Source of the DNA: a virus | Lineage: Duplodnaviria; Caudoviricetes | Virus record (IMG/VR): IMGVR_UViG_3300014204_000145 | Location: 1 to 64,000 of that record | Reading direction: 5' to 3' (one strand) | Length of the DNA stretch: 64,000 bases | Shown: positions 1 through 9,575 of the stretch, in pieces | How positions within the stretch are numbered: position 1 is the stretch's first letter | Layout of the letters: each line of letters begins with the position of its first letter | The notes under the pieces: generated by a model | What the model was told of the DNA's origin: nothing | What the model saw: only the letters and a program-made list of their open reading frames with translations | Database searches by the model: none | Made by a program: the position numbers and the translations under genes

Positions 1-2
1 AA

Positions 3-3000
3 GCTCTTGCTACAAATATAAAATCAAGAAAGAAACTTTCTAAAGAAGCTGCAGAGCAAGAAGCTGATGAAATATTAAAACCTTATACTGAACTTAAACA
101 AGATGACGGACAAGGTTGGATAACACCTAAAAGATTTAGAGATATAGCTAGTGGACTTGGTATGTGGACAAGTGAACATGAGAAATTGTTTAATATCTTA
201 ATGCAAGGTCAAGAAGGAAACAACTATCCTAAATATTATGCTGACTTTAATGCTTTAGCTAAGAAATTATATTTCCCTGATGGGCAACCTTACAAAGGTC
301 AGTTCTACGATATGGTAGAAGATGGTTCTCAAATGAGACCTGTTTATTTAAAATACTCACAAGCTGTACTATGGCCAGGTTTAGTAAAAGGCTCTAAATT
401 AGAGAACTTACTTAAAAACATGGAAGCAAGTGGTGTTGATGAGATGGTAGGTACAGAAGCTATTAAAGTAGGTGCTTCAGATATACACAATTCACAAGAG
501 GTATTAGCAGGAGATTTTGCTATTAAGTCTATAGAATTACGTAATTCAGGTTGGAAATTACAAAATGATTTATCAGCTAAATATACTAAGAGTGGTAAAG
601 TAACTACAGGTTCTCAGCTAAGAAAGAACATTTTATGTAACTTAGAAGGTAAAACTTTTACTATAAATGGAGAAAAAGTAGACGGTGTTACTTTAGCTAA
701 GATGATACAAGAGGTAGATAGTAAAATATCAGATGCTACATTAGATAAATTCTCTACACAGTTTGAGAGTGAAACTAGCTACTACGATACTTTCTATGCT
801 AATTTAATAGATAAATTTAAAAAAGACGGTGTATCAACTAACATACTAGAAGCTTTAGAAGCAGGTGTTAATTTAGATACTATAATACAAGGTGGAGATA
901 CATTAGAAGCAGGAATACATTCAGCTTTAAATAAAGCTTCTGTGAGATTAAAAAATCATGGTGGAGCATTTATTCAAATGTCTAACGCAGGTTTTTCTAA
1001 ACTAGAAGGTATATCTACACCTGAGCAATTAATTAAAGATGTAAATAACATAATTTACTTAAAAGACCAATCTGAATTAAGGGGGCCAAGTATTGTAGGT
1101 GGTGTTGTTAAACCTGGTGATATCTTTTTACCTTATAAAGCTATAAAAGATATACCAAATATAAAACAAAGAATAGCAGATGGATTAACTATAGCAGAAT
1201 TAAAGACTCTTATGGGAGATACTTTAAATGTTATAGGTTATCGTATTCCTAATCAAAATATAACTTCTATTGACTCATTAGAAATAGCAGGTATCTTACC
1301 TGAATATTTAGGGGATACTGTAGTTACTTTTACAGAGATTGTAGGTAAGACAGGTTCCGATTTTGATATTGATAAGATGTATATGATGATGCCTAATGTA
1401 CAGTGGGATGCTGCACAAGGTAAACTTGTAAAGATTAATGATGATAGTATTGCAGGATTAGAAAACAAACGTATAGACTTATACAGAACTGTATTAGAAG
1501 ATGCACAAGTGTTCCCAGAGCTTATAACACCTTTAGATTCATCTTTCTTATCACATGATGCATATTATGTAGAATTTTTAAGAGAAATAGGTAAAGATAC
1601 TAAATCAGTATTAAAAGCTGTAGGTGCAAATACTTTACAAGATTTCTTAAGTAATCCTAATAAAAAAGAAATTGCTTATAACTACTTTAAAAATAAAGAG
1701 TTTAAAACTTTAGAGTTTGCAACACCTTCATATCAATTAAGAGTTAAGACTCTTAATATGGCAGGTAAAGCAGGTACAGCACAAACAGCAAATCAATTAG
1801 TACATCACCCTCTTGCTCAATTAGCTAAACTGGCTTTTGATAGAGTATTAACAGATAGAGGTATGAGTGAAGAAGGTAAATCTATTCTTTATTCTCAACT
1901 TAATAAAGACAATAACCTTATAAGTCAAGTTATATCAGCTTGGATTAATGCTTATGTGGATTGTGCTAAAGACCCTTATATAGCTCTTATTAATAATAAT
2001 ACAACCACATCGGGTGTAGTATTTATGTTAATACGTAATGGTGTAAGTCCAGAATGGGTAAATAGATTTACTTCTCAACCTATTATAGAAGAGTATGTAA
2101 AACAAACACAAAATAAAAAGAGTCGTTTCTTTCCTAAGAAAACTCAAGACTTCATGGATATTCTTGTTAACAATTCAGGAGAACTTTATGAAAAAGAAAG
2201 AAAAAACGCTTATATAACTCCTACAGCAGCAACTTTAAGTAAATACATAGAAGGTGTTGATTTTAATCTTAGTGTAAACGAAGATTTAATAGGAGATGTT
2301 AAAAACTTAGAACAACAAATAATTAAATCTGATAATCAAACACAAGTAGAAATATTAAAACAATTCTTAGTATTTCAAACTTATGCATCTAGTTTAACTG
2401 ATGCTGTTAAGACTTGTAAATATGATACTAAAGGTAGTGGAGCTTCTGCAGCAGAGAATATAGCTGCTAAAGAACTATTCAATAAAGCTTCCGAAGATAC
2501 TAAGTTAGTAAATTTTATTAATTTATTTGAAGATACTTACATGGAGACGTGTAGAAAGAACTCTTCAGAAAGAACAGAAGATTTTTATGGTAATAGATTA
2601 ATATCAGAAACACCTGCTATGCAAAAGATGTTACAAGCATTTGCTGCAGACCAAGGAATAGATTTCATGGTAAACCCTGACCTTAATCAAAAACTTATTA
2701 GAGCATACAAATCTTATGTATATTCTCAAGCAGATTTCTTACAAATTACAGATAAAGCTTTAAAAGACATGTTCTATGGAGATTACTCTATGAGTAAGAA
2801 ACTTATGAAGATTAAAAAGCTACTTCCTGATAATGTATTTATACAAGCTTTAGGATTTACTGCTGAGGTAGGTAAACCTTCTTTTATTATATTACCTTCA
2901 ACTAAAGTAAAAGACCCTACAGAAACAGAAGTATTATGGCAACAATGGGAGAAATTGCTTAATAAAGTAGATGAAGGTGCTATACAATTATATGAAGAAG

Positions 3001-3959
3001 TAGACTATTCTGTAGCAGACTTCATGATGGACTTAGTTAAGATGTCTTATTATACTTCAGGGTTTAACAAGAATCCTAACTCTTATCATGACTTAATTCC
3101 TAATACTTTCTTAAGAGGTGTTAATAACCCTTCTAAACAAAACCTTAACTCTTTTATATCAGAGAAATTAAGAGAATTACAAGAACTGAATGTTTTTGAT
3201 GATTTCTTGAACGATATGTACAGAAATGAGTATCAAGAGGATAGTATAGTATCAGGAGCTACTTTTTACAATACAGAAGACTATAGTAATCCTACAGCTC
3301 CTAAAGAACCTAATTATGACTCTTTAAGAAGAAAAGGTTTAGTATTTGATTCTGTACATGATTTAAAATACAAAGGTTTTGTAATGAGTAATGATACTTT
3401 CTACACACCTTTTGCAGCACATATAACTAAATTAGGTGATACTAGTGTTTATACTCCTAAACCTTATATAAAAACAGTAAACGGTTCTACTAAAGAAACC
3501 TCTTTATACAAATATATAGGAGAAAAAGAAGGACTACATTACTTTGAAGCAATAGAAAAATTATCTTATTATAGTAAAGGAAACAAGATATATCAATATG
3601 GTAGCATATCTTCTGTTGTAGAAGAACAAAAATTAATTGTAGGTTTTGGTAAAGAAACTAAACAAAACTTAACATTTAATAATATCTTTGGTAAACGTAA
3701 TGTTGGTATAGGTGCATTTAGAGAAATTGCTCAGGATACTTACAAAGCAGAAGATATGGATGTTACTTTTAAAATAGTACCTGTAGAGAGAAAAGGAAAG
3801 ACTTACTATCAAGGTGTAATATCTACAAGTAATATGAAAGATATAGTAACACATGCAGATTTAGGTTATAATAAAACAGATGCTTTATCTCTTATGAAAC
3901 AAGAGTTAAATGATATGTCTTATGAAAAACTAGTTTTCATTTTAAACAACAAATGTTAA
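3..3959 (+). CDS. Virion-packaged multisubunit-type RNA polymerase of crAss-like phages (5' end outside window)
   Basis: Frame is open from position 3 (…DDGQGWITPKRFRDIASGLGMW…), so the ATG at 162 is internal. Contains the catalytic DxDxD loop TGSDFDIDK preceded by RIPNQ, as in phi14:2 gp66-type enzymes. Confidence 0.9.
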   Translation, partial: ALATNIKSRKKLSKEAAEQEADEILKPYTELKQDDGQGWITPKRFRDIASGLGMWTSEHEKLFNILMQGQEGNNYPKYYADFNALAKKLYFPDGQPYKGQFYDMVEDGSQMRPVYLKYSQAVLWPGLVKGSKLENLLKNMEASGVDEMVGTEAIKVGASDIHNSQEVLAGDFAIKSIELRNSGWKLQNDLSAKYTKSGKVTTGSQLRKNILCNLEGKTFTINGEKVDGVTLAKMIQEVDSKISDATLDKFSTQFESETSYYDTFYANLIDKFKKDGVSTNILEALEAGVNLDTIIQGGDTLEAGIHSALNKASVRLKNHGGAFIQMSNAGFSKLEGISTPEQLIKDVNNIIYLKDQSELRGPSIVGGVVKPGDIFLPYKAIKDIPNIKQRIADGLTIAELKTLMGDTLNVIGYRIPNQNITSIDSLEIAGILPEYLGDTVVTFTEIVGKTGSDFDIDKMYMMMPNVQWDAAQGKLVKINDDSIAGLENKRIDLYRTVLEDAQVFPELITPLDSSFLSHDAYYVEFLREIGKDTKSVLKAVGANTLQDFLSNPNKKEIAYNYFKNKEFKTLEFATPSYQLRVKTLNMAGKAGTAQTANQLVHHPLAQLAKLAFDRVLTDRGMSEEGKSILYSQLNKDNNLISQVISAWINAYVDCAKDPYIALINNNTTTSGVVFMLIRNGVSPEWVNRFTSQPIIEEYVKQTQNKKSRFFPKKTQDFMDILVNNSGELYEKERKNAYITPTAATLSKYIEGVDFNLSVNEDLIGDVKNLEQQIIKSDNQTQVEILKQFLVFQTYASSLTDAVKTCKYDTKGSGASAAENIAAKELFNKASEDTKLVNFINLFEDTYMETCRKNSSERTEDFYGNRLISETPAMQKMLQAFAADQGIDFMVNPDLNQKLIRAYKSYVYSQADFLQITDKALKDMFYGDYSMSKKLMKIKKLLPDNVFIQALGFTAEVGKPSFIILPSTKVKDPTETEVLWQQWEKLLNKVDEGAIQLYEEVDYSVADFMMDLVKMSYYTSGFNKNPNSYHDLIPNTFLRGVNNPSKQNLNSFISEKLRELQELNVFDDFLNDMYRNEYQEDSIVSGATFYNTEDYSNPTAPKEPNYDSLRRKGLVFDSVHDLKYKGFVMSNDTFYTPFAAHITKLGDTSVYTPKPYIKTVNGSTKETSLYKYIGEKEGLHYFEAIEKLSYYSKGNKIYQYGSISSVVEEQKLIVGFGKETKQNLTFNNIFGKRNVGIGAFREIAQDTYKAEDMDVTFKIVPVERKGKTYYQGVISTSNMKDIVTHADLGYNKTDALSLMKQELNDMSYEKLVFILNNKC

Positions 3960-3960
3960 T

Positions 3961-6900
3961 ATGAATTGTCCAAATAGAAACCTACCAGAGTGGAAAGCTT
4001 TGGTAGAACAAGTAGGAAGTTTAGAAGCTATGTATCTTTATATTCAAAATGGATATGAGATACCTACACAAATGCCTCAAATGAAACCTGATAGATATGA
4101 ATGGTCTCCTGAGCTTAAGGAGAATATAGATACTTTAATTAAGATTACAGATATTAGAGAAAATATCTTAATTAACCTTAGTACTAAGCATAACATATAT
4201 AGTAAGGATAAAAAATATTCACAACAACTTGACCGTCTTATTGCAGACTTTGTAGATGCTGATATAGAAAAGAGTGTTCTTACATTCTTACAAAAAGGTA
4301 TTTCAAGTGTTGGAGCCCTAAGAAAGAAATTAGAGGAAAATACAGGAGATTTAACGTATCTTAAAATGCTTAAAGACTTTGCAGAAAGTTTTGCAATAGT
4401 AGAAGATATAGCTAAAGTTGTAGCTACTAAGAAGTATAATAAGTTTAAACGTATTTCTCCTTATGTTAAAGAGTTATTAAAAGAATTAAAAGACTTTGAG
4501 TTAGAATATAATACAACAGCTAAAAAAGCTCTTGCAGATACTTTAGCTAATGCTTCTACTATAAAAACAGCAGAACATAGAGTAAAGTATGCTATAGAAT
4601 TTGCTAGAGAAAATCCTAAGAATAAGTCTACCTTACCTGCTGATAAATATGAACAGGCTAAGAATGAATATATAGAAGATAGTCTTAATGCTAATAGAGG
4701 CAGAATATTCCAAGAAGAAAAAGATTATGTAATACAATTACTAACTACCTCTCCTAAGGATATAGGAAGCGTTGTAGCGAATGTTTCTAGTATGAGACAG
4801 ATAAATGACCATATGATTCAATTAGCTGTTAAAATGCTTGATAAAGCAGATTTTGATGCTAATAGAAAATTTAATTCTCAAAAGAGGGAAGCTATAAAAG
4901 TATGGGAGAAATTTATAAAAGCTTCTCAAGCTAAAGGTATATTGATTACAGACCAAAAGAAACTGTATGACGGTATTATAGAAAAAATAGATGGTAAAGA
5001 AACTAACTATTATGTAAGACCAATGTACTCTACTTTTTATAAAGAGTATAATGAGTTGTTAGGACAGTTATATAATTTAGAAGACGAGTTTAGTGAAGCT
5101 ACTACATTAAAAGAGAAACAAGCTATTGTAGCTAAGAAAGATGAATTAAGAAATGCTTGGAAACTAAAGCATTTTAAAACTCCTCAAGATAGTACAGGTA
5201 AATGGACTAACCTAGATAAATGGAACAAACCTGAATTCTTAAAAGATGAGTTTGTAAACCCTCAATATAAGAAATTAGAACCTGGTACTAAAGGTTATGA
5301 CAGTACTGTAGCTGATATGTATCATTACTTAATTAAGTTTAACGAAGACTCAGATAAGTTATTAACTAGAGGTAAACTAGGCTATAAGTTACCTGCACAA
5401 GATAAAACAACAGGAGAGCAACTTACAGATAATGGTATTAAAAAAGCTGTTTCAAGAGGTTGGAAAGACTCTATAAGCGTAGTATCAAGTGACTCTGAGT
5501 ATGGAGATACTGTAAAAGTTAATACAGGAGTATCAGGTGAGGTAACTAGAGGTATAGCAATACCATTTAGAAGAGACTTAGAGATAGAAAATCAATCATT
5601 TGATTTAATGGGTATGAGTCTTACTAACAGATATGTATCATTAAATTACAATGAAAAAGATAAAATAAAAGTAAACCTTGAAGTCTTAAAAGACATGTTA
5701 TACAGTAGAGATGTTGTAGAGTATTCAGGTAAAAGAAAGATATTAAAAAGCTCAGCTAATTTCTTTGGTAATGTTGGTAAAGAAATAGATGAAATAGAAA
5801 ATACTTTAAAAGGAAGTCAATCTAATTCTTATAAAGTATATAATTCTATTATAGAGGATAGATTATATGGTGTACATGATATAGCAACAGTTATAGGTAA
5901 CATATCCGTAGATAAAATATCTAAGAAATTAATAGGTTTTTCTGCTCATAATATGCTTATATTAAACTTAATGGGTGGTACAGCTAACTTACTTAATGGT
6001 AAAACTATGAACTTCTTAGAAGGAACTAGAAGACAATTTTATACAAGACAAAACTTAAGACAAGCAGAATTAAAGTATTTTGGAGATTCACATAAAATAT
6101 TAGCAGATTTAGAATCTGCAATGCCTAATAGTAAGACTAACTTACTTAGAGAACTATTTTTAGATACTTCAGTAGGTTTTAACACTATGAGCAACCCTTT
6201 AACTAATGACAGTAGATTTAAAAGAGCTGCTAATATAGGAACTTTACACCTTGTAAATAGTTCAGCAGAGCACTATATATCTAGTACACTTATGTACGCT
6301 ATATTAGACAATATTAAAATGCAGAATTCTAAAGGAGAATATATAAATCAAGAGGGTGAAGTTGTAGAAAGAGATAAAGCTATGTCTTTAGATGAAGCTT
6401 ATTCTAGAGCAGAAGATGGAAGTTTATACTTAACCATAGCTAATTCTAAAGCAGAAGGATTTGATAAAGCTGATATGGAGTCTAATATCAGAAATCGTGT
6501 TAAGAATGTTATGATGGACTTACAAGGTCAGTATGACACTACTAACCGTTCTATGATGGAAAGAGAATTTTATGGTAAGTTAATATTCTATTTACGAAAA
6601 TGGATGTTATCAGGTATTCAAAAAAGATGGATGGGTATCAGTACTGCAGGAAAACATTTTGATGGGTTAAAAACACATGAAAAATTCTACTCAGAGTCTT
6701 TACAAGAGTATAAAGAAGGTACTTACACTTCACTAGCTAGGTTTAGTAGAAGTATTTTTAAGGGTTGTAGAGCTTTAAAAGGAGAGATTATTACAGCAGA
6801 TTGGAATAGACTATCTGATATGGAAAAAGGTAACATAAGATTTGCTGTAACTGAATTAGGTATTATGCTAGGTGCTTTAATAGCTTCAGGTATTGTAGCT

Positions 6901-7275
6901 GGATTAGCTAAAGGTGCAGATGATGATGATGAGAAAAAAGCCTTATTTTTTTCTGCGTATTTATTAAGAAGAACTTATAGTGAACTTGCTTTCTATGTAC
7001 CTGTTAATGTACGTGAAGCTTCTCGACTTATGAGAACTCCTACAGCTACTTTATCTACAGTAGAATTATTTACTAATATGAGCCTACAAGTAGGTGAAGA
7101 TATATTTTCTAATGTACCTTTTGGAGACGGTTTTGAATTTTATCAAAGAGGTAAAAATGAAGGTAAGTCTAAGAGTTGGGTTTTATTTAATAAGACTTTT
7201 AACCCTATATATAAGAACTTAATAGCAAGAGATGCTCAAAAGTCTTATGAATTTTTAACTAATACAAACTTTTAA
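3961..7275 (+). CDS. Large alpha-helical virion/ejection protein (1104 aa)
   Basis: Directly follows the vRNAP; helical composition with a hydrophobic segment near the C-terminus (LGIMLGALIASGIVAGLA); position typical of crAss-like injected proteins. Confidence 0.6.
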   Translation: MNCPNRNLPEWKALVEQVGSLEAMYLYIQNGYEIPTQMPQMKPDRYEWSPELKENIDTLIKITDIRENILINLSTKHNIYSKDKKYSQQLDRLIADFVDADIEKSVLTFLQKGISSVGALRKKLEENTGDLTYLKMLKDFAESFAIVEDIAKVVATKKYNKFKRISPYVKELLKELKDFELEYNTTAKKALADTLANASTIKTAEHRVKYAIEFARENPKNKSTLPADKYEQAKNEYIEDSLNANRGRIFQEEKDYVIQLLTTSPKDIGSVVANVSSMRQINDHMIQLAVKMLDKADFDANRKFNSQKREAIKVWEKFIKASQAKGILITDQKKLYDGIIEKIDGKETNYYVRPMYSTFYKEYNELLGQLYNLEDEFSEATTLKEKQAIVAKKDELRNAWKLKHFKTPQDSTGKWTNLDKWNKPEFLKDEFVNPQYKKLEPGTKGYDSTVADMYHYLIKFNEDSDKLLTRGKLGYKLPAQDKTTGEQLTDNGIKKAVSRGWKDSISVVSSDSEYGDTVKVNTGVSGEVTRGIAIPFRRDLEIENQSFDLMGMSLTNRYVSLNYNEKDKIKVNLEVLKDMLYSRDVVEYSGKRKILKSSANFFGNVGKEIDEIENTLKGSQSNSYKVYNSIIEDRLYGVHDIATVIGNISVDKISKKLIGFSAHNMLILNLMGGTANLLNGKTMNFLEGTRRQFYTRQNLRQAELKYFGDSHKILADLESAMPNSKTNLLRELFLDTSVGFNTMSNPLTNDSRFKRAANIGTLHLVNSSAEHYISSTLMYAILDNIKMQNSKGEYINQEGEVVERDKAMSLDEAYSRAEDGSLYLTIANSKAEGFDKADMESNIRNRVKNVMMDLQGQYDTTNRSMMEREFYGKLIFYLRKWMLSGIQKRWMGISTAGKHFDGLKTHEKFYSESLQEYKEGTYTSLARFSRSIFKGCRALKGEIITADWNRLSDMEKGNIRFAVTELGIMLGALIASGIVAGLAKGADDDDEKKALFFSAYLLRRTYSELAFYVPVNVREASRLMRTPTATLSTVELFTNMSLQVGEDIFSNVPFGDGFEFYQRGKNEGKSKSWVLFNKTFNPIYKNLIARDAQKSYEFLTNTNF

Positions 7276-7289
7276 AAGATTAAATATAT

Positions 7290-7297
7290 TATATTTG
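7290..7297 (+). promoter_or_regulatory. Bacteroidota sigma70 -7 element TATATTTG
   Basis: Exact TAnnTTTG in the 39-nt gap, 17 nt before the ATG at 7315. Confidence 0.6.
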
Positions 7298-7314
7298 TAT
7301 AAATTTATAGTAAC

Positions 7315-8676
7315 ATGAAAAAAATAACAACACTCTTAGGCATACTTCTTATAGTAATAAGTTGCCAATCTCAAATTTTAAATGAAAAAATAAGAGTTTC
7401 AGAAGAAACTGTTTTATCAGTACCAGACTCTCTAAGTAGAATAGGTAAAAATTTACCTAAAGGTAAACTGGTCTTAAACAGAGAAAACGGTTTAATCTTT
7501 ATGGTAAATGATTACACTTTATCTAATAAAACATTAGCTTCTTCAAATAAAACTTTAGTATCTTCTAAAGCCTCTTCATTAGGTGAAAGTATTTCACAAA
7601 GTGTATTAAGTTTTAATGCAGGAGAGTTTAATATCATATCTCCACAAATACCTACTACAAAGTATTCCTCTTTTTATCAAAACTTAGATACTTTTAATTT
7701 AAAAACAGTAGGAGCGTATCCTATGGGTGTTCAAAGAACAGCAGGTATATCATCAGAAGCAGGACTTTTATCTCTTTATTTTAACAGAACTGGGGTAGAT
7801 GCCTATATAAATTTATATGATGGGGAAATATCTGTTAAGAGTTCACATGGCATACAATATACACCCATATTATACGAAAATTTAAATACTAATTCTTTAG
7901 TTCCTAAAAGTTATGTAGATTCTGTTGCAGCAGTCTTGTTGGATTCTATAGGTTTAGACACAAGTAATTTAAAAATAGGATATGGTCTAGAGATACTTGG
8001 AGACAGTATAAACTTAAGTCAAGAAGTATTTGATTCCATAGATAATGAAATTAGTAAAATACCTGTTTATACAGGTAGTAATACTATTACTATAGTAGGA
8101 GATAGTATTAATGTTTCACAAGAAATTTATGATACCTTAAACACTAAGATACCTTCTACAGGTTATCTTAATTCTAATATTTACTTAATAGGGAAAGACA
8201 CCTTAAATAATGTAATCTTAGATACGCTAGGACAGTTTTTTACAAGAGCTGTGGACACAGCAAACAATAACTATACAGAATTATCAGTTATGGGGAGTGC
8301 TTTTGATATTAATGTAAATACAGAAGATAATACAATATCATCTTATTTAGCTATAGATACAGATACGATAGACATAGGTTCTTATGGAGCAATAAACTAT
8401 ACCTCTCTAGGACTAGATTCTTTAGATATAGTTGTAGCAGGTGTTGACAGTACTTTTAAAGGTGTGTTGTATGCTGCAGATTATTCTGCAAATTATACTA
8501 ATAGAAGTTTAGTAGATAGAGATAATGCTATGAAGTATACTGTTATTGAGACAGAAGTTCCTGCTAGTGCAACTGCAGAAGGTGTAAAAGGGGCTGTCAT
8601 TATTTCTGTTGGGTACATTTATATTTGTATAGATACAAATACTTGGGTAAGAGTGGCAATTACAACTTGGGAATAA
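7315..8676 (+). CDS. Putative lipoprotein with tail-fibre-like C-terminal motif
   Basis: N-terminal MKK + hydrophobic stretch + ISC lipobox-like; internal repeat GDSINLSQEVFDSI/GDSINVSQEIYDTL; C-terminal GYIYICIDTNTWVRVAITTW resembles a common phage fibre tip motif. Confidence 0.5.
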   Translation: MKKITTLLGILLIVISCQSQILNEKIRVSEETVLSVPDSLSRIGKNLPKGKLVLNRENGLIFMVNDYTLSNKTLASSNKTLVSSKASSLGESISQSVLSFNAGEFNIISPQIPTTKYSSFYQNLDTFNLKTVGAYPMGVQRTAGISSEAGLLSLYFNRTGVDAYINLYDGEISVKSSHGIQYTPILYENLNTNSLVPKSYVDSVAAVLLDSIGLDTSNLKIGYGLEILGDSINLSQEVFDSIDNEISKIPVYTGSNTITIVGDSINVSQEIYDTLNTKIPSTGYLNSNIYLIGKDTLNNVILDTLGQFFTRAVDTANNNYTELSVMGSAFDINVNTEDNTISSYLAIDTDTIDIGSYGAINYTSLGLDSLDIVVAGVDSTFKGVLYAADYSANYTNRSLVDRDNAMKYTVIETEVPASATAEGVKGAVIISVGYIYICIDTNTWVRVAITTWE

Positions 8677-8694
8677 TATTAAAAAACTATTATT

Positions 8695-8889
8695 ATGAAT
8701 ACAGATATTATACTAGAAGAAGAAGAAAAAACAGTTTATATTAATGATAAACTGAAAAAAATCATATTAACACGTTATAATACTGATACCTTTACAATTA
8801 ATTTTACAGAATTAGATGACGAAGGTATTAAGTGTATTGAGCAATTTAAGGAATTCTTAAAAGAACTAAATATTAAAATAGGAAAATAA
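8695..8889 (+). CDS. Hypothetical protein (64 aa)
   Basis: ORF in co-directional gene string with tight spacing. Confidence 0.55.
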   Translation: MNTDIILEEEEKTVYINDKLKKIILTRYNTDTFTINFTELDDEGIKCIEQFKEFLKELNIKIGK

Positions 8890-8890
8890 T

Positions 8891-9238
8891 ATGAGTATAA
8901 ATGATTGGATGACATTAGGTGGAGCTTTATTAACAGGTATAGGAGGTTCTCAATGGTTTAACTACAGAGTAAATAAAAGAAAAGGACAAGCACAAGCTAG
9001 TAATGAAGAAGCCACTTCTTTTTCGAAAGAATTAAAAAATACAGTAGACCTTGTAAAATTTTGGAGAGAAAATTTTGAAGAGTTAAAAACTGAACTTAAA
9101 GATGCATCTAAAGCATTTAATGAACTTATATTAGAAAGTGATAGGTGTAAAATTAATTTAAGTATTGTAAAATCTATCGTAGCCGAAACAACATGTGAAA
9201 CATTACCTTTAACTAAAGAAAAGGTAGCAAAAATATAA
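8891..9238 (+). CDS. Putative holin-like membrane protein
   Basis: Single N-terminal hydrophobic helix (WMTLGGALLTGIGGSQWF) followed by a basic patch and coiled coil; late-gene context. Confidence 0.4.
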   Translation: MSINDWMTLGGALLTGIGGSQWFNYRVNKRKGQAQASNEEATSFSKELKNTVDLVKFWRENFEELKTELKDASKAFNELILESDRCKINLSIVKSIVAETTCETLPLTKEKVAKI

Positions 9239-9242
9239 GGAT

Positions 9243-9575
9243 ATGGCAACAGTAAATAGAGGAAAAGATATAGATTTACTAAGACAAGAAGGAGACGATT
9301 CTGATGTGGTTTTCACTGTTCCTTCAGAAGCTTTGGTCTTAACTGTAAATACTACTGCTATCTTTCAAGTTAAAGATATTAAAAATGTAATACAATTTAC
9401 TAAATCTAGTACAATTAATATTACAGGACAAATAATTACAATACCTTTTGTACCTTCAGATACTAAAAGTAAAAGCGGTAATCACAGATGGGAATTACAA
9501 GTTACCGATGCTAGTTTTGGTATTAAAACTATTGGTGGGGGTATGTTTAGAATACGTAAAGAACTAATAATATGA
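9243..9575 (+). CDS. BppU-N-like Ig-fold tail/baseplate adaptor
   Basis: RQEGDD…ITIPFVPSDT…RWELQVTD…TIGGGMF pattern; immediately upstream of the tail fibre. Confidence 0.55.
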   Translation: MATVNRGKDIDLLRQEGDDSDVVFTVPSEALVLTVNTTAIFQVKDIKNVIQFTKSSTINITGQIITIPFVPSDTKSKSGNHRWELQVTDASFGIKTIGGGMFRIRKELII

